DNA of 64,000 bases from Mytilus californianus. Its lineage: Eukaryota. The position numbers were made by a program, and so were the translations under genes. Every line of letters begins with the position of its first letter. The stretch's first letter is position 1. Positions 37,461 to 51,665 of this stretch are shown one piece after another. Below the pieces are notes generated by a model, which worked only from the letters and a program-made list of their open reading frames with translations, was not told the origin of the DNA and ran no database searches. The stretch lies in the NCBI RefSeq assembly GCF_021869535.1, contig NW_026262668.1, positions 85,622,001 to 85,686,000 of the forward strand. The letters are read 5' to 3'.

Positions 37461-38303
37461 AAAAACAAAACGTAAATTAATATACTTATTAATAATAACG
37501 ATGATTATTGTAACGACTGTATGGTTCTGATCCTGCCTGGAAAAAAATGTTCGTTATTTAGATGAAATGAAGAAATATATGAAGTTGTATAACTATGTGA
37601 ACATTTTATATTTCATTTTAGTGTAAACAATTTTATTTTTTTTTTACAAAATCATAGTGTATTGTCTTGTGTCTATAAATGCCATGCTGTCCATCAAGGT
37701 ACTTTAATTGGAATAATAAATATTCTTCTTCTTCCTATTCTTATTCTTATAAACTAAAAAAATATAAACGGAGTAAACAAATGCGTTCAGATACGTTTAT
37801 ATCATAAATCTTGTAAAATATATTCAGATCATACATTCTTCCTCACAAATTGACTCCGCATTAACAGTCTCATTTCATGGCGTAAACATATTTGCATTAA
37901 TGAATATTTTATTAACACGCAGCTGATACATTAGCATTTTCTTCTTATTCTCCGTCATTGATCGTGAATATACATATTTCATAAATTATTGTCACTTGTA
38001 ACTGGACAACATGGTATAGATTGTTCTCTATAAAGAGTATCTTAGAATTGTACATTAAAAGTAATAACAGAAATCGGCACAGTACAAGACATCATCACTT
38101 GACTCCTCCGAAAAAAAACATGATATACAATTAAAGACAATATCAAGCAACAACTAACCATACATAGTCTAGATAGACTGACTTAGTACAGACACACAAT
38201 GTGATGGGCACAAACCTTGAATATGAAAAAGATGTTTGGCACACGTTAATGAGACAGCAATCCAACCACACAAACAGTTAAAAGACGTATAGAGGTCAGT
38301 TAA

Positions 38304-38892
38304 TGGCATACGATACAGTTTTGATCCCATAATGAAAATTTGATGAATATTTGCAAATAGGCTATTTTTTACCTAATTAAATCAAATATGTAATAAAAAA
38401 TATACCTTCATTTTCAGATATTTGCTCAAAATTCGGATTTGTGGACGCATTTTTCCTTCCGACAGAAATGCATAACTTTTTCGTTTTAAAAGATAAACAC
38501 ATGCTGTTTTTTGTTAAATTATTTGTAATTTCTGTTTTATATAAGTATCCTATAAATTTATGAAATCTTTTGTTTAGAAATAACTCAAATTCATCAAATG
38601 TTCATGAATGTAGAAAAAAACGTCATTTTTTGCTATATATTGATCAAATTTAAAAAAAATGCATTATTGACTTTTTCATGAAAATTGGTACAAATAATCT
38701 TCAATCGTAATCAGACCGAATGTAATTTTAAAAAAGAGGGGTCCATGAACTCGTTTTCAAGTTAAATCAGTTTGAATGATAAAAATCAGTCGAAAAATAC
38801 ATCTTTTCCCGATATGTCACAGTTTGACGTCGCCAAAATAACATTTTACGTTAGCAACGTCATTACCTCCCCTGTAACTGTATCGTTTGCCC
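38304..38892. mobile_element. Non-autonomous TTAA-flanked DNA transposon (Kolobok-like)
   Basis: TTAA at 38300-38303 and 38893-38896. Imperfect TIR (T/G)GGCA(T/A)ACGATACAGTT at both ends. No ORF. Confidence 0.65.
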
Positions 38893-39396
38893 TTAAAAGT
38901 CTTCAACAGTGGACAAGACGTTGTCAATACAATATGGAGAGCTCTAAATCACGACGAATCTACAGAAGTTCGACAGTGTTTGCCTTGGAATTTTCTTAAA
39001 ACCCCATCTTGTTTTCTTTCGTCTTTGTATCCTCTGTTCTTTAACTATCAATTTAAAATAGTCATACAGTTGATACCGATAATGTCTGCAACTAGCCTAG
39101 TAGTGCCGAGTGATAAGTTGGTCTAAAATGATTTCAGTAAAGGATATTTTGATGCTCTTATTTTTATCACAGACATTTAGTTAAGACTAGGTTGCAGGTC
39201 CTAGGTCAGACGAGTTTATAGGTTGCAGGTTCCAAGTTAGACGAGTTAATATGTGTGTAGGTTCTTGCTTCTCCTTATCAAAGCAATTCCATTTTTCTGT
39301 ACAACATTTACTGTATTAATTAATTTCCTTTCTAAATGATGTCATTTTGCAAGTTCTTTGTCTTAGAAAAGAAATCGGGATTATACTGATCGAACA

Positions 39397-39633
39397 ACAA
39401 TCCAAGAAAATAAGCAATGATCACACAACACATTCCAAGGAAATAAGCAATGATCACACAACACATGGACAAATAACTATCCAAGAAAATAAGCAATGAT
39501 CACACAACACATGGACAAATAACAATCCAAGGAAATAAGCAATGATCACACAACACATGGGCAAATAACAATCCAAGGAAATAAGCTACGATCACACAAC
39601 ACATGGGCAAATAACAGTCCAAAGAAATAAGCT
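39397..39633. repeat. 46-bp minisatellite, ~5 copies
   Basis: Unit ATCCAAGGAAATAAGCAATGATCACACAACACATGGACAAATAACA; the first unit is shortened. Confidence 0.93.
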
Positions 39634-40643
39634 ATCATATAAAACATGAACATGAAAAGAGTCATTGCATGTATTGATACACTTCACAACTAAGTTCTTA
39701 CACAGCTGTGAATAATCCTCTCTCTTAGACAGATATGTCGTAAGATATTTAATAGATATTATCAAAAATCTAAATACGTTTCCACTTCCAAAGCACCCCC
39801 AACCCCCAAAAATTATGTTGTTCAATTACCAAAAAAAATAAACCCGTATTATACTGAAAATTGCCAAATGAACAGAACTACTGAAGACACTTGTGCTCCA
39901 AACAGGCGTTACTTATATGACTACCACCGAGTTTCCCATCCTGTAAGACCCGTAATGTTTCACTAAAAATACATGTTAAAATTAAGCCAGAATAAGCGGA
40001 TCTTTGGTAACCTTCTCTAAACCATGACAGTCGAGGTGTTGAATTCGTGTTGAAGCTTCCATGACCATAGCAGTGATCAATTCATAAGAAAAACTAGATA
40101 ACAAGCATTGATTTGGGGGTAGCTGGTCCGGTCAGCAGCGAGAGTTTTTATTTCACATATGGGCATTGTTGTAATGGTTCTAGCAATTTACTTAATATCC
40201 TTCAATTATCCCCTCATGGAAATTCCATTACGGTGAAAAGAACCACGAAAATAAAGTTTTGCTATGTACTTAACCTTTTATTTCAGTCAAGTTCACTGAA
40301 ATTGTGTACGATTCAAATGTCAAACATCTTAACAGTGAAACGGTGCTGATTGCCCACATTATATAATTTGAATTTACTAGCCAACATCCCATGCTTGTGC
40401 TTCTGGTAGTGCTTTATTTTTGCATATGCTTCTAGTAGTGTTTTATTTTTGCGTGTACTGTGGTTATATTGATATCTTATGCTTTTATTGCTTGCAAAGG
40501 TTTTATATGAATATGCTAATTTGCTCTTTATATTGCATGTGCTCTATATGTATCTTCTACTTTATAATGCCTGTATGTAGTTAAATAGAATTGGATACCT
40601 TGCATTTATCATGCTTTTCAATAACATAATTTATGGTCAAATC

Positions 40644-41817
40644 GCTGAAAGATCCCCTTCTCTGCATTGACAATAATATCTTGGTGTAAATTAGATACAC
40701 CAATTCGGGCTAACGCCCTCAAGGTGTATCTAATACATATATGTTGCTTTGCTCTCCATATAAATTACATGTGCTTTGTATTTATTGTTATGCTTTGCTT
40801 GTATTGAATGTTATGTGCTGCTTGTATTGATTGTTATATGCTGCTTGTATTGATTATTATATGCTGCTTGTATTGAATGTTATGTGCTGCTTGTATTGAT
40901 TGTTATATGCTGCTTGTATTGATTATTATATGCTGCTTGTATTTATTTGCTGAAAGATCCCCTTCTCTGCATTGACAATAATATCTTGGTGTAAATTAGA
41001 TACTAAATAGTACACCAATTCGGGCTAACGCCCTCAAGGTGTATCTAATACATATATGTTGCTTTGCTCTCCATATAAATTACATGTGCTTTGTATTTAT
41101 TGTTATGTGTTGCTTGTATTGAATGTTATGTGCTGTTCGTATTGATTGTTATATGCTGCTTGTATTGATTGCAATGTGCTGCTTGTATTTATTGTTATAT
41201 AGTTGTTGTGAGCTGCTTGTATTGATCGTTATGTGCTGCTTGTGTTGATTGTTATATGCTGTTGGTATTGATTATTATATGCTTCTTGTATTGGTTTTTT
41301 TATGTGCTACTTGTATTTAGCGTTATGTGCTGCTTGTATTGATTGTTATATGCTGCTTGTATTGATCATTATATGCTGCATGTATTGATTGTTATATGCT
41401 GTTTGTATTGATTGTTATATGCTGTTTGTATGGATTGTTATATGCTGTTTGTATGGATTGTTATATGCTGCTTGTATGCTGTTTGTGTTGATTGTTATAT
41501 GATGCTTGTATTGATCTGTATATGCTGCATGTATTGATTGTTATGTGCTGCCTGTATTGATTGTTATGTGCTGCTTGTATTGATCATTATGTGCTGCTTG
41601 TATTGGTTGTTATATACTGCTTGTATTGATTGTTATGTGCTGCTTGTATTGATCATTATGTGCTGCTTGTATTGATTTTTATGTGCTGCTTGTATTGATC
41701 ATTATATGCTGCTTGTATTGATTGTTATGTTCTGCCTGTATTGATTGTTATATACTGCTTGTATTGATTGTTGTGTGCTGCTTGTATTGATCATTATGTG
41801 CTGCTTGTATTGAATGA
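40644..41817 (+). repeat. Tandemly duplicated ~305-bp head, each copy followed by a 23-bp minisatellite array
   Basis: GCTGAAAGATCCCCTTCTCTGCATTGAC at 40644 and 40949. Unit TGTATTGATTGTTATATGCTGCT at ~40795-40945 (~6 copies) and ~41100-41817 (~30 copies). Confidence 0.93.
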
Positions 41818-42769
41818 GACAATAACCCAATGAAAAGGCCTAAATCGCACAATGTCAAAAAGTAACAGACCCTATCAAAGATATGATATGAACATTATAT
41901 TATATTTTTCAAAGACAAAAATCCTTAACATATATAATGAAACTAACGTTTTATAAATGTGGTGCAACCGACACGCTTATCTTGATTTTCCTTCATCAGG
42001 AACACTCAAAACAAGACTTTAGATAGGAACATAAACATATGGAGAGGTTAAACCTGTTTCTCGAAACTTTAATCCTCCCGTTTTAATGTTGATGAGTGGA
42101 ATGGAAAATCCATTCATGAAAGAACATTATAATAAAATCAATACGAATCAGGAAGATTAGCTTTAACTAATGTGATTATCCTCTTGAAATAAAGATTATT
42201 TATTTTTTTATTTTAAAACAGAAAACACTTTACTGTTAATAATGATGTAATTGATAACTATTAAAGCATAAGTATAAGTATAAATATAAATGACATTGAT
42301 TGATTGATTGTTGGTTATTAACTTCCAGTGGCAAATATTGCATGCATGTTCAAGACGATAAATAATAATTACCAAACACTATATCAAAGATTGCTCTCAG
42401 TTACTAAAAGTAAATTTAAGTTCAAAATACGTAATCTATTGATATGAAAGCGTATCGTCCTTCATTCTAATATCGGTGGATGTACTTCATCATGTTCATA
42501 GTAAACGTTATAAACAGTACATGAAGACACGATTTTGTGAAATGACTAGAACAAATATGTATAAAATTTAAAAGCAGAAAAGCAAGAGGTATATCAGTCA
42601 TTGTTTCAAATAAAAAATTTGAAAATGTATGTAATGATTGACAACAATGGTATAATTGCAATCTTTATTACTTAGTCAATAAAACCAAAAAATTTAAAAA
42701 GAAAGTAAAAGATATTTCCTATAAACTTGCTAGCTATATAAATAAATATTATTGAAATAATTTTGGTAT

Positions 42770-43110
42770 GAAATATCACGTCTTCTTCAATGCCTGTAGT
42801 TGGAAAGAAGATATATGTGTGTTTATCGCTATTTTACGAAATTTTCCTTTGATATTGCTGACTGATAATTTCCTTTCTCAGCGGAGTCGAGTGATATGAA
42901 AAAATATCGCTAGAAACTAAGGGATCCCGTGCCCGTTGTCAATTAAATTAACAACGTCGTCATAGGTAAAATAGCGATAAACAGATTATCATTGATCATC
43001 TCAACTCGATTGCTTTTCTCACTTTCGCCGTACCGGCTCAAGCGAGAAAATCAATCTCGTTGCGATAACCAACGATAATCTATAAATATCGTTCATTGAA
43101 CTCTGAGACG
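42770..43110. mobile_element. Degenerate MITE-like repeat with an internal 18-bp inverted repeat
   Basis: TGTTTATCGCTATTTTAC (42820-42837) and GTAAAATAGCGATAAACA (42966-42983). Boundaries are uncertain. Confidence 0.4.
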
Positions 43111-43427
43111 TCGATTCAAATACGCGGATATTAATCTAAGAGGCAAATGAAGCATCAACTTAAAGGGAATAAAATTAAGAATACGTATGGCACGCACGGA
43201 AATCATACCAAGATACGAAAAAAAATGTTCTGATTGTCACTAAAGTTGCTTTGAAAATTACATGTACATTGAGTAATTCTAATATCAAGACGTTGAATGT
43301 TAATATATTAAGCAAGTTTAGGTGAATACATTTCATGATGAAAACATTATAGATGGATGGCTGCTTAACGTCCAGCGACAAATTAATACGCATATTCTGG
43401 ACGAGAACAGCATAATTTAATATGAAT

Positions 43428-43695
43428 ATCAACCCTGCTTTGTACTAGACTGACACGCTGAGCCGGACTTTTAACGTGCAAGTTCACAAGGTCTGCAGGA
43501 AGACACGTCACCCTACCCGGACACATTATTCTGACTCTGAGTCGACCAGTCTTTGTTCGTACTCCTTAATGCCGCGTGATTAGCGGAGAAGCAGCAAATA
43601 ATAATTAAAAGGATAAGGTATGACCCGGTCAGTGTCCGAACCCACGACCTCACGCACTCGAGGCCAGCACAATACCGCGACACCACCGAGGCGGT
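43428..43695 (-). mobile_element. tRNA-derived SINE, abutting a family D end
   Basis: Minus strand ACCGCCTCGGTGGTGTCGCGGT (A box)...GGTCGTGGGTTCGGAC (B box), followed by a body TTGCTGCTTCTCCGCT..CACGCGGCATTAAGGAGT...AATGTGTCCG...GTCTAGTACAAAGC. A fragment of the same body lies at ~46620-46710. Confidence 0.8.
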
Positions 43696-46600
43696 TATGA
43701 AAATAAGAAGATGTGGTATGAATCGCCAATGAGACAACTATCCACCAGAGACCAAATGACGTAGAAGTATGCAACTAGACACATGCCCATACCACAGTCA
43801 ATAAGTTAAAACGACCCAAATCTAGTCAAGAGATTTTTCAATTGAGACAACCAAATAACTGGCAACAACAACAAAACCAATCGGAGGTAAACTGACAGAA
43901 AGTTACATGACAAATCACAGCCGCCTGAAGTTTACTATTGTTTGAATATATGAGAAAATTCTTGAAATACATGATTTATAAGCTATTTATTATCGTGACA
44001 AAATGTTTTTGGCATCATGAATCCAGTCAATTAACAAGCGACTTAAAATTAGAACAAAAATTAAAGGACAGAAAGTCTCAGTTCAATTTTGGGATAATTT
44101 TTAACAGTTAAATTGGTATTTTCCATACTATTCTATTTAAAACAATTTGTTAGCAAAACTTTTTTCAAAAACTTAATAAACATCAAATGTTTGGAAAGGT
44201 ACTTCACAGATTTGTATATTTCATTATTTGAGTTACAGACTTACTCACATGTACATGCCCGGGAAATATAGTGTAAACGTGTTTAACCATAAAAAATTGT
44301 AAATGAGCGTATATCAAAGAGCTATAAATTCAGCAATTTAAAAGTAATAAATTTAACGATTTTTATTTCATTTTCATAAGTCAGTTGGATCGATCGTGCA
44401 TGCGAGAACTTGATTGCGCAAATTGATGTAATATACATTATACAAGTAAATGTGTATATTTATTGTGTCATTTAGGTTTTAATGACATTTTATACGTATA
44501 ATTACACCTTGTTTAAATGAAGTTTAACATTCACTTAAAAGAAAGGAAATAAATAAGATTAGACAACACCTGAAAAGAAAGCACGGTAAATAGTTTATTA
44601 TGTACAGGTCACGTGATAACTTTAATTACTTCTTTTTACCAAGTCAATAATGCAAGTTTTCAAGGGGGTCGTTAAATTCTTTTCAGGGACGGCCATATAT
44701 CATACCCGTAAAAGTTTATCTCAAGTAATAGGTTATTCGTATAGATTATACAACGTTTATGACACTTTGAGAGTTTATTCCCCCTAACAAAGTATATCTG
44801 CATTGTTTAGCTTGTCAGAACAAATTCCTGTACTCTGATAATAAAGGTTGGTGTCACTTTTCATTTTCTATTAGATGCAGCGTCCAGTCGCTAATTAAAA
44901 TGCATGATATCTATGCGTGTGATTGCAGATAATTTAGATATGGGAAATTTTAATGCCATTACACGATTGGGTACTATAAATTTATACAGATGACTTCATT
45001 TGCAAATTTGATACAGAATTTAAGGTGCGACGCCTTTGTTTTAAATGACAAAGTTCAACAAAATATTGGACTGAGAGGAAGGATGTTTAACTGACGACAA
45101 AGCATTTCTTATTTGGTAAGTCTGTTTTAATTCTATGGAAACTTTCATTTAATTTTGGTGCAAAAACACCTTTATAACTGTTATTTCTTTATATATATAT
45201 AGTTATTACCAAGGAATTATACAATTCCTTGACATTACATACATTTAGTTCGCATACCTGGCTTTTTTTTTTAGTAATTTTGTAATCAAATCCACTAGTA
45301 CTTTTTACTAAGCCTTATTTCATGGACTTCTAAAATATACAGAGCTGCGATGGAAGGCTGGATTTATTCTTTTTTCATATGGGGAGACATCACATTCTTT
45401 GCGTCTCATACATGTTCTTACTGCGATTTAACCGAATCTCCCCCACGTAAACTTTACCATCGATATTATATTGAGTTTGGAATTTGTACATAATTGTGTT
45501 CTAGCTTAATAAAACTTGCCACGCTTTTTTCAGTTTTTCTGTATGGTTGATACAGTTATGATGACACAACAAATCGGAAACATAACTTATTAAAAATGTC
45601 TTACTGTGGGTAAAAACTGTTATGTATTTATGGCTAGATGTCTTTATTTGTTTACCACCTGACCTAAATAGTGCAAGTTGCAATGACGGTATAACTACAA
45701 AAAAGGTTTAGGACCATAATATATATTAGAAACGCCCACATTTCATTCAGTAAGTAGATCCTCTCATGGACGAGAAGGCGGTAATCGAGTTACGTACATG
45801 CGTTTTTAAAACTTCGCGTTCGTTTTGAATGCAATAAAATGATGAACATTTGTCTGCCACCTTCGGCCTTGTAACAAATAGTTTCATGAAGTAAAGATCA
45901 ACAACTCCATGATTCACTGTTTACTATACAAAATTCTGCATGTTTGTATATGACAGCTTTATAGGACGTTTTATAACGTACGCTCCGAGATTTAAGCGCG
46001 TTTTTACAGATATTGCGTTACTGTTATAGTTATAGTGTAGAGAAAACCCCCTGGTACAACATAAGATTGTTTGTATGGTATACACTTATTTAAATAGTTA
46101 TATCTGTATTTAATACTATTTATCCAGTGAATAAAATTATCTATTCCACAAGTGGCCCGGCGAGAACATTTAATTTGTAATGCCTTGCTTCAGAACAATA
46201 AATGTAAATTAAAAACAAATCCTACCTGCTCTTTCTCAAAAAATAATTCTAGTCTATAGTGTAATAATTTTTGGACAATAGTTATAGAAAGTGTACCATC
46301 TCTTATACTAAAGGTATGGACAATTTTGTGTTAAGGGGTTATATTATACCGTTTGATAGCGTCAGACATACTATTTTTTACCCTATTCAGCTATACAACT
46401 TTAAATTCATGACCCATGGATTTTTGTTACAAGAAAATGTCATCCTCCTACTAACTATTTTATGCATAAGATATAAAGAAAGAAATTTGGAGGCGAATAA
46501 AAATAATTTGCAAGTTATACACTGCCTACACTATAGGGACTATATTCGTCGATATCGATAACTGTGTCCCTGCGTGCAGGAGGTTGTTGCTTCAATCACT

Positions 46601-46831
46601 GTCGAATGCTTTACGATTGGTAATTGCTGCTTCTCCGCCAGGAAAGCAACTCTTTGGAATAAGAGAAAAGACGATGTCGGACCGGAGTCTAACTAACGTG
46701 TCTGAGTAGGGAAATAGTGTAGCTTAGGTTAAAGCTTACGTGCAGTATGTTACAAAATATGATATATTTAGAGGTCTTCTTTTTATTTTAGCATAGGTCT
46801 GTGTTTTAATATTGGATAAATAGAAAAATAC

Positions 46832-47340
46832 TTTTTTATGCCCCCGCCGTAGCGGAGGGGGCATTAAGTTTTACCCTTGTCCGTCCGTACGTCTTAAAGT
46901 TGGTTTCCGTTCTCTAACTTAAGTTTGCCTCAACCAAATTTTATGAAACTTATACACAATGCTTATTACCACAAAACACAGATCAAGTTTGAATTTTGGT
47001 GGCGTCACTTTTACCGTTCTAGAGTTATGCCCCTTTACTAATGGAAAAATTGCTGAATTTTTCGTTTCCGTTCTCTAACTTTAGTTTGCCTTAACCAATT
47101 GTTATGAAACTTACACACAATGCTTACTACCACAAAATACAGTACAAGTTTGAATTTTGGTGGTGTCACTTTTACCGTTCTAGAGTTATGCCCGTTTACA
47201 AATGGAAAAATCGCTGAATTTTTCGTTTCCGTTCTTAAGGTAGCCTTAACCAAACGTTATGAAACTTATACACAATGCTTATTACTACAAAATACAGATC
47301 AAGTTTGAATTTTTGTGGTGTCACTTTTACTGTTCTAGAT
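46832..47340 (+). mobile_element. HINE family A (ATGCCCC termini), 3'-truncated, ~3 x 161-bp monomers
   Basis: 5' hairpin GCCCCC-GCCGTAGCGGA-GGGGGC, GTCC microsatellite, monomer ...CCACAAAACACAGATCAAGTTTGAATTTTGGTGGCGTCACTTTTACCGTTCTAGAGTTATGCCCC... with period ~161. Confidence 0.88.
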
Positions 47341-47794
47341 AAATTTAAATGGTTCAGAAATAATACAAATTGCAAGTGTTGCTAATGATTTCTAATAGTT
47401 TTATAATCATATTTGAAAAATAATTGTCATGTCAATAATGGTTCAGCTTGCTTACAGTCTTTTCCGTGATAATGTAAAGTATGATAGTCGTATGGTTTCA
47501 AAAATGCAGTTAATACCTAGGGATGATATCTTAAGGACTGACCATGGAAGTATTATATTTCATTTTACTTCGGCATGCTGAATTTAAAAATGAGAGAAAA
47601 AAGAAAGTATCTATTAGCCACGTGGTACTGTTACAAACTTTCATATCGTATGAAAACCGATTACGATTTTGATCCATGTATCGATATACAATAGGTTAAT
47701 CTGTTCATGATCTGTTGTACTTCAATCGGAGCAATTGATTATTCATTTTTCGATATTTTGTACCATCATATTTACTTATAGTTGTATTAACTTA

Positions 47795-49615
47795 TTTTTA
47801 GCTCACCTGACCTGAAAGGTCAAGTGAGCTTTTCTCATCACTTTGCGTCCGTCGTCCGTCGTCCTTCGTCCGTCGTCCGTCGTCCGTCGTCCGTAAACTT
47901 TTACAAAAATCTTCTCCTCTGAAACTACTTGGCCAAATTTAACCAAACTTGGCCACAATCATCATTGGGGTATCTAGTTTAAAAAATGTGTCCGGTGACC
48001 CGGCCAACCAACCAAGATGGCCGCCATGGCTAAAAATAGAACATAGGGGTAAAATGTAGATTTTGGCTTATATCTCTGAAACCAAAGCATTTAGAGCAAA
48101 TCTGACATGGGGTAAAATTGTTTATCAGGTCAAGATCTATCTGCCCTGAAATTTTCAGATGAATCGGACAATCCTTTGTTGGGTTGCTGCCCCTGAATTG
48201 GTAATTTAATGGAAATTTTGCCGTTTTTGGTTATTATCTTGAATATTATTATAGATAGAGATAAACTGTAAACAGCAATAATGTTCAGCAAAGTAAGATC
48301 TACAAATAAGTCAACTTGACCAAAATGGTCAGTTGACCCCTTAAGGAGTTATTGCCCTTTATAGTCAATTTTTAACCATTTTTCATAAATTTTTGTAATC
48401 TTTTACAAAAATCTTCTCCTCTGAAACTACTGGGCCAAATCTAACCAAACTTGGCCACAATCATCATTAGGGTATCTAGTTTAAAAAATGTGTCCGATGA
48501 CCCAGCCAACCAACCAAGATGGCCACCATGGCTAAAAATAGAACATAGGGGTAAAATGTAGATTTTGGCTTATATCTCTGAAACCAAAGCATTTAGAGCA
48601 AATCTGACGGGGTAAAATTGTTTATCAGGTCAAGATCTATCTGCCCTGAAATTTTCAGATGAATCGGACAACGCGTTGTTGGGTTACTGCCCTTGAATTC
48701 GAATTTAAAGAAAATTTTGCCGTTTTTGGTTATTATCTTGAATATTATTATAGATAGAGATAAACTGTAAACAGCAATAATGTTCAGCAAAGTAAAATCT
48801 ACAAATAAGTCAATTGACCAAAATGGTCAGTTGACCCCTTAAGGAGTTATTGCCCTTTATTGTCAATTTTTAACCATTTTTCGTAAATTTTTGTAATCTT
48901 TTACAAAAATCTTCTCCTCTGAAACTACAAAAACAAATTTAACCAAACTTGTCCACAATCATCATTACGGTATCTAGTTTAAAAAATGTGTCCGATGACC
49001 CCGCCCGCGAACCAAGATGGTCGACATGGCTAAAAAATAGTACATAGGGTAAAATGCAGTTTTTGGCTCATATCTGTGAAACCAAAGCATTTAGAGCAAA
49101 TCTGACGAGGAAAAAATTGTTCATTAGGTCTAGATCTATCTGCCCTGAAATTTTCAGACCAATCAGGCAACACGTTGTTGGGTTGCTGCCCCTGAATTGG
49201 TAATTTTAAGAAAATTTTGCAGCTTTTGGTTATTATCTTGAATATTATTATAGATAGAGATAAACTGTAAACAGCAATAATGTACAGCTAATTAAGATCT
49301 ACAAATAAGTCAACATGACGAAAATTGTCAATTGACCCCTTAAGGAGTTATTGCCCTTTATATTCAATTTTTTACAATTTTCATAAATTTTGTAAATTTT
49401 TGTAAATTTTTACAAAATATTTTCCACTGTAACTACTGGGCCAAGTTCATTATAGATAGAGATAATTGTAAGCAGCAAGAATGTTCAGTAAAGGAAGATC
49501 TACAAACACATCACCATCACCAAAACACAATTTTGTCATGAATCCATCTATGTCCTTTGTTTAATATGCACATAGACCAAGGTGAGCGACACAGGCTCTT
49601 TAGAGCCTCTAGTTT
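47795..49615 (+). mobile_element. HINE family C (AGCTCACC termini), full length, 3 x ~500-bp internal units
   Basis: 5' TTTTTAGCTCACCTGACCTGAAAGGTCAAGTGAGC hairpin and (CGTCCGT)n. CTTCTCCTCTGAAAC at 47911, 48413 and 48911. 3' AGGTGAGC subTIR plus stem-loop AGGCTCT-T-TAGAGCCT. Confidence 0.92.
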
Positions 49616-51068
49616 ATTGTAAATATAAAACTGACCGTATATTTAGGCGATATGAAATATGAAAGCTTGAAGTAAAAAGGTGAACAAGCTTTTAAAATCT
49701 GCATTAATTTCTTATGCAAATGATAAGCGTGGTCAGATTATACCAAAACAGTCGTCCATTATCATAGCTACGGCTGCAGAATCAAACCAATTAATCGCTG
49801 CAGGAGTCTGTGTGAACTTTAAAACTATTATTTATAAATTACATACATTGTTCTTATAGGCGTTGTCTAAACAATATATCAGCAGATTAATTAACTAGGA
49901 TGTTAATAAAACAAAAGCCTTGATAGTGTTGACAGTGATCGCTAACATTGTATATGTCAGTTGGTCATTTAATTTAAAAACCATTTAAAGCATTCCATCA
50001 AAATTCCTTGATGTTGCAGATAGGGATTATTCCCAGTATGTAAACTAAGTATTCTGCAAATCGGTCGAATCTTTTAAAATGTACAAACATCAACATCTTT
50101 CTTTCAGATATTGTTTATCTGTAATTATTATAGAAACAACGGTAATTATATACAGCTATTATTTGAGCATTAAAGATCAAAAGTAAGTACATGTAATTTG
50201 AAATCAATTTAGTATTCAAAGGGCAAAGTCAAAGAGAGGGGAGTAATGTAAAACTAGATTATCAATCCATTATTTAGATTAAGGTGTCTTGTTCACATTA
50301 TTTATGACAAGCGATTTGAAAATTTACAAAAGAATCCTATTATCTTGTAACCTTTGACACGAGCTATATCTGTAAAATTTTAATTTGCATATGCATAGAC
50401 TTTCATGCAAGAATAAAGTCTGAACATATTTATTTCAGGCATTTCGTTTGTTCTGCTTTTCTTTGTTTTAATTATTGCGAAAGTAAAAGACATACAGGTA
50501 TATTGTAAATACTAGTCTAGACCACTGAATATGGATAAAATGTACAATATACATTGTACAAGAATAGGAAATATTTCCAACTGTATCAAGCATACATCTG
50601 ATAAATTATAGATATCGCCATGCTATATGCCCCTGCCATTAGTGGACTTCTACCTTATAAATATTAGTAGCACGAGACACGAAGTGAAATATGTTTAAGA
50701 GAAACAATTTTAACTTCAGGTTTATAGCTTTTTGATAAAGCAAAAACAACTAAAACAGATTTCGGGTATTGTAAAATTAATTTTATATCCTGTTGGAAAT
50801 TTCATATTAGAATGTCGTTAAAGAATTCTAACATCTGGTTCTCTGTATATATGTGTTTTTCATTATTAGTATTGGAATGCCTTTAAAGCCAAAACGTATT
50901 AATTGTTGTTTGTTTAACAGGTGAACAATTTGAATAGGTATATAAAAGGATTAACAACATGTACTTTTACTATCTTAAAACTGTTTCAACAGTAAATAAC
51001 TGACGAAAGACTTCACAATGTTTTGCAAAACATTATTCCTGATCACTTGTTCTCATTAAAAAAAAATG

Positions 51069-51665
51069 TTTATACCCCGCCGTAGCGGAGGGGGCATTAA
51101 GTTTCATCCTTGTCCGTACGTACGTACGTCCCAAAATTGGTTTCCGTTCTCTAACTTTAGTTTGCCTCAACCAAATGTTATGAAACTTATACACAATGCT
51201 TATTACCACAAACCACAGATCAAGTATGAATTTTAGTGGCGTCACTTTTACCGTTCTAGAGTTATGCTCCTTTACAAATGGAAAAATTGATGAAATATTC
51301 GTTTCTGTTCTCTAACTTTAGTTTGCCTCAACCAAAAATTATGAAACTTGTGCACAATGCTAATTACCACAAAACACAGATCAAGTTCGAATTTTGTTGG
51401 CGTCACTTTTACCGTTCTAGAGTTATGCCCCTTTACAAATGGAAAAATTGCTGAATTTTTTCGTTTCCGTTCTCTAACTTAAGTTTGCCTCAACTAAATG
51501 TTATGAAACATATAAACAATGCTAATTACCACAAAACTCAGATCAAGTACAAATTTGGGTAGTGTCACTTTTAAAGTTCTTGAGTTATTTCCCTTTATAA
51601 CGTTATCATGATTATATGCAATCGGGGGCATCATTTGTGTCCCTTGGACACATTCCCCATTTATT
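51069..51665 (+). mobile_element. HINE family A, full length (~3 monomers)
   Basis: 5' hairpin and ACGT microsatellite; 3' CGGGGGCATC subTIR and stem-loop TGTGTCC-CTT-GGACACA. Confidence 0.9.
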
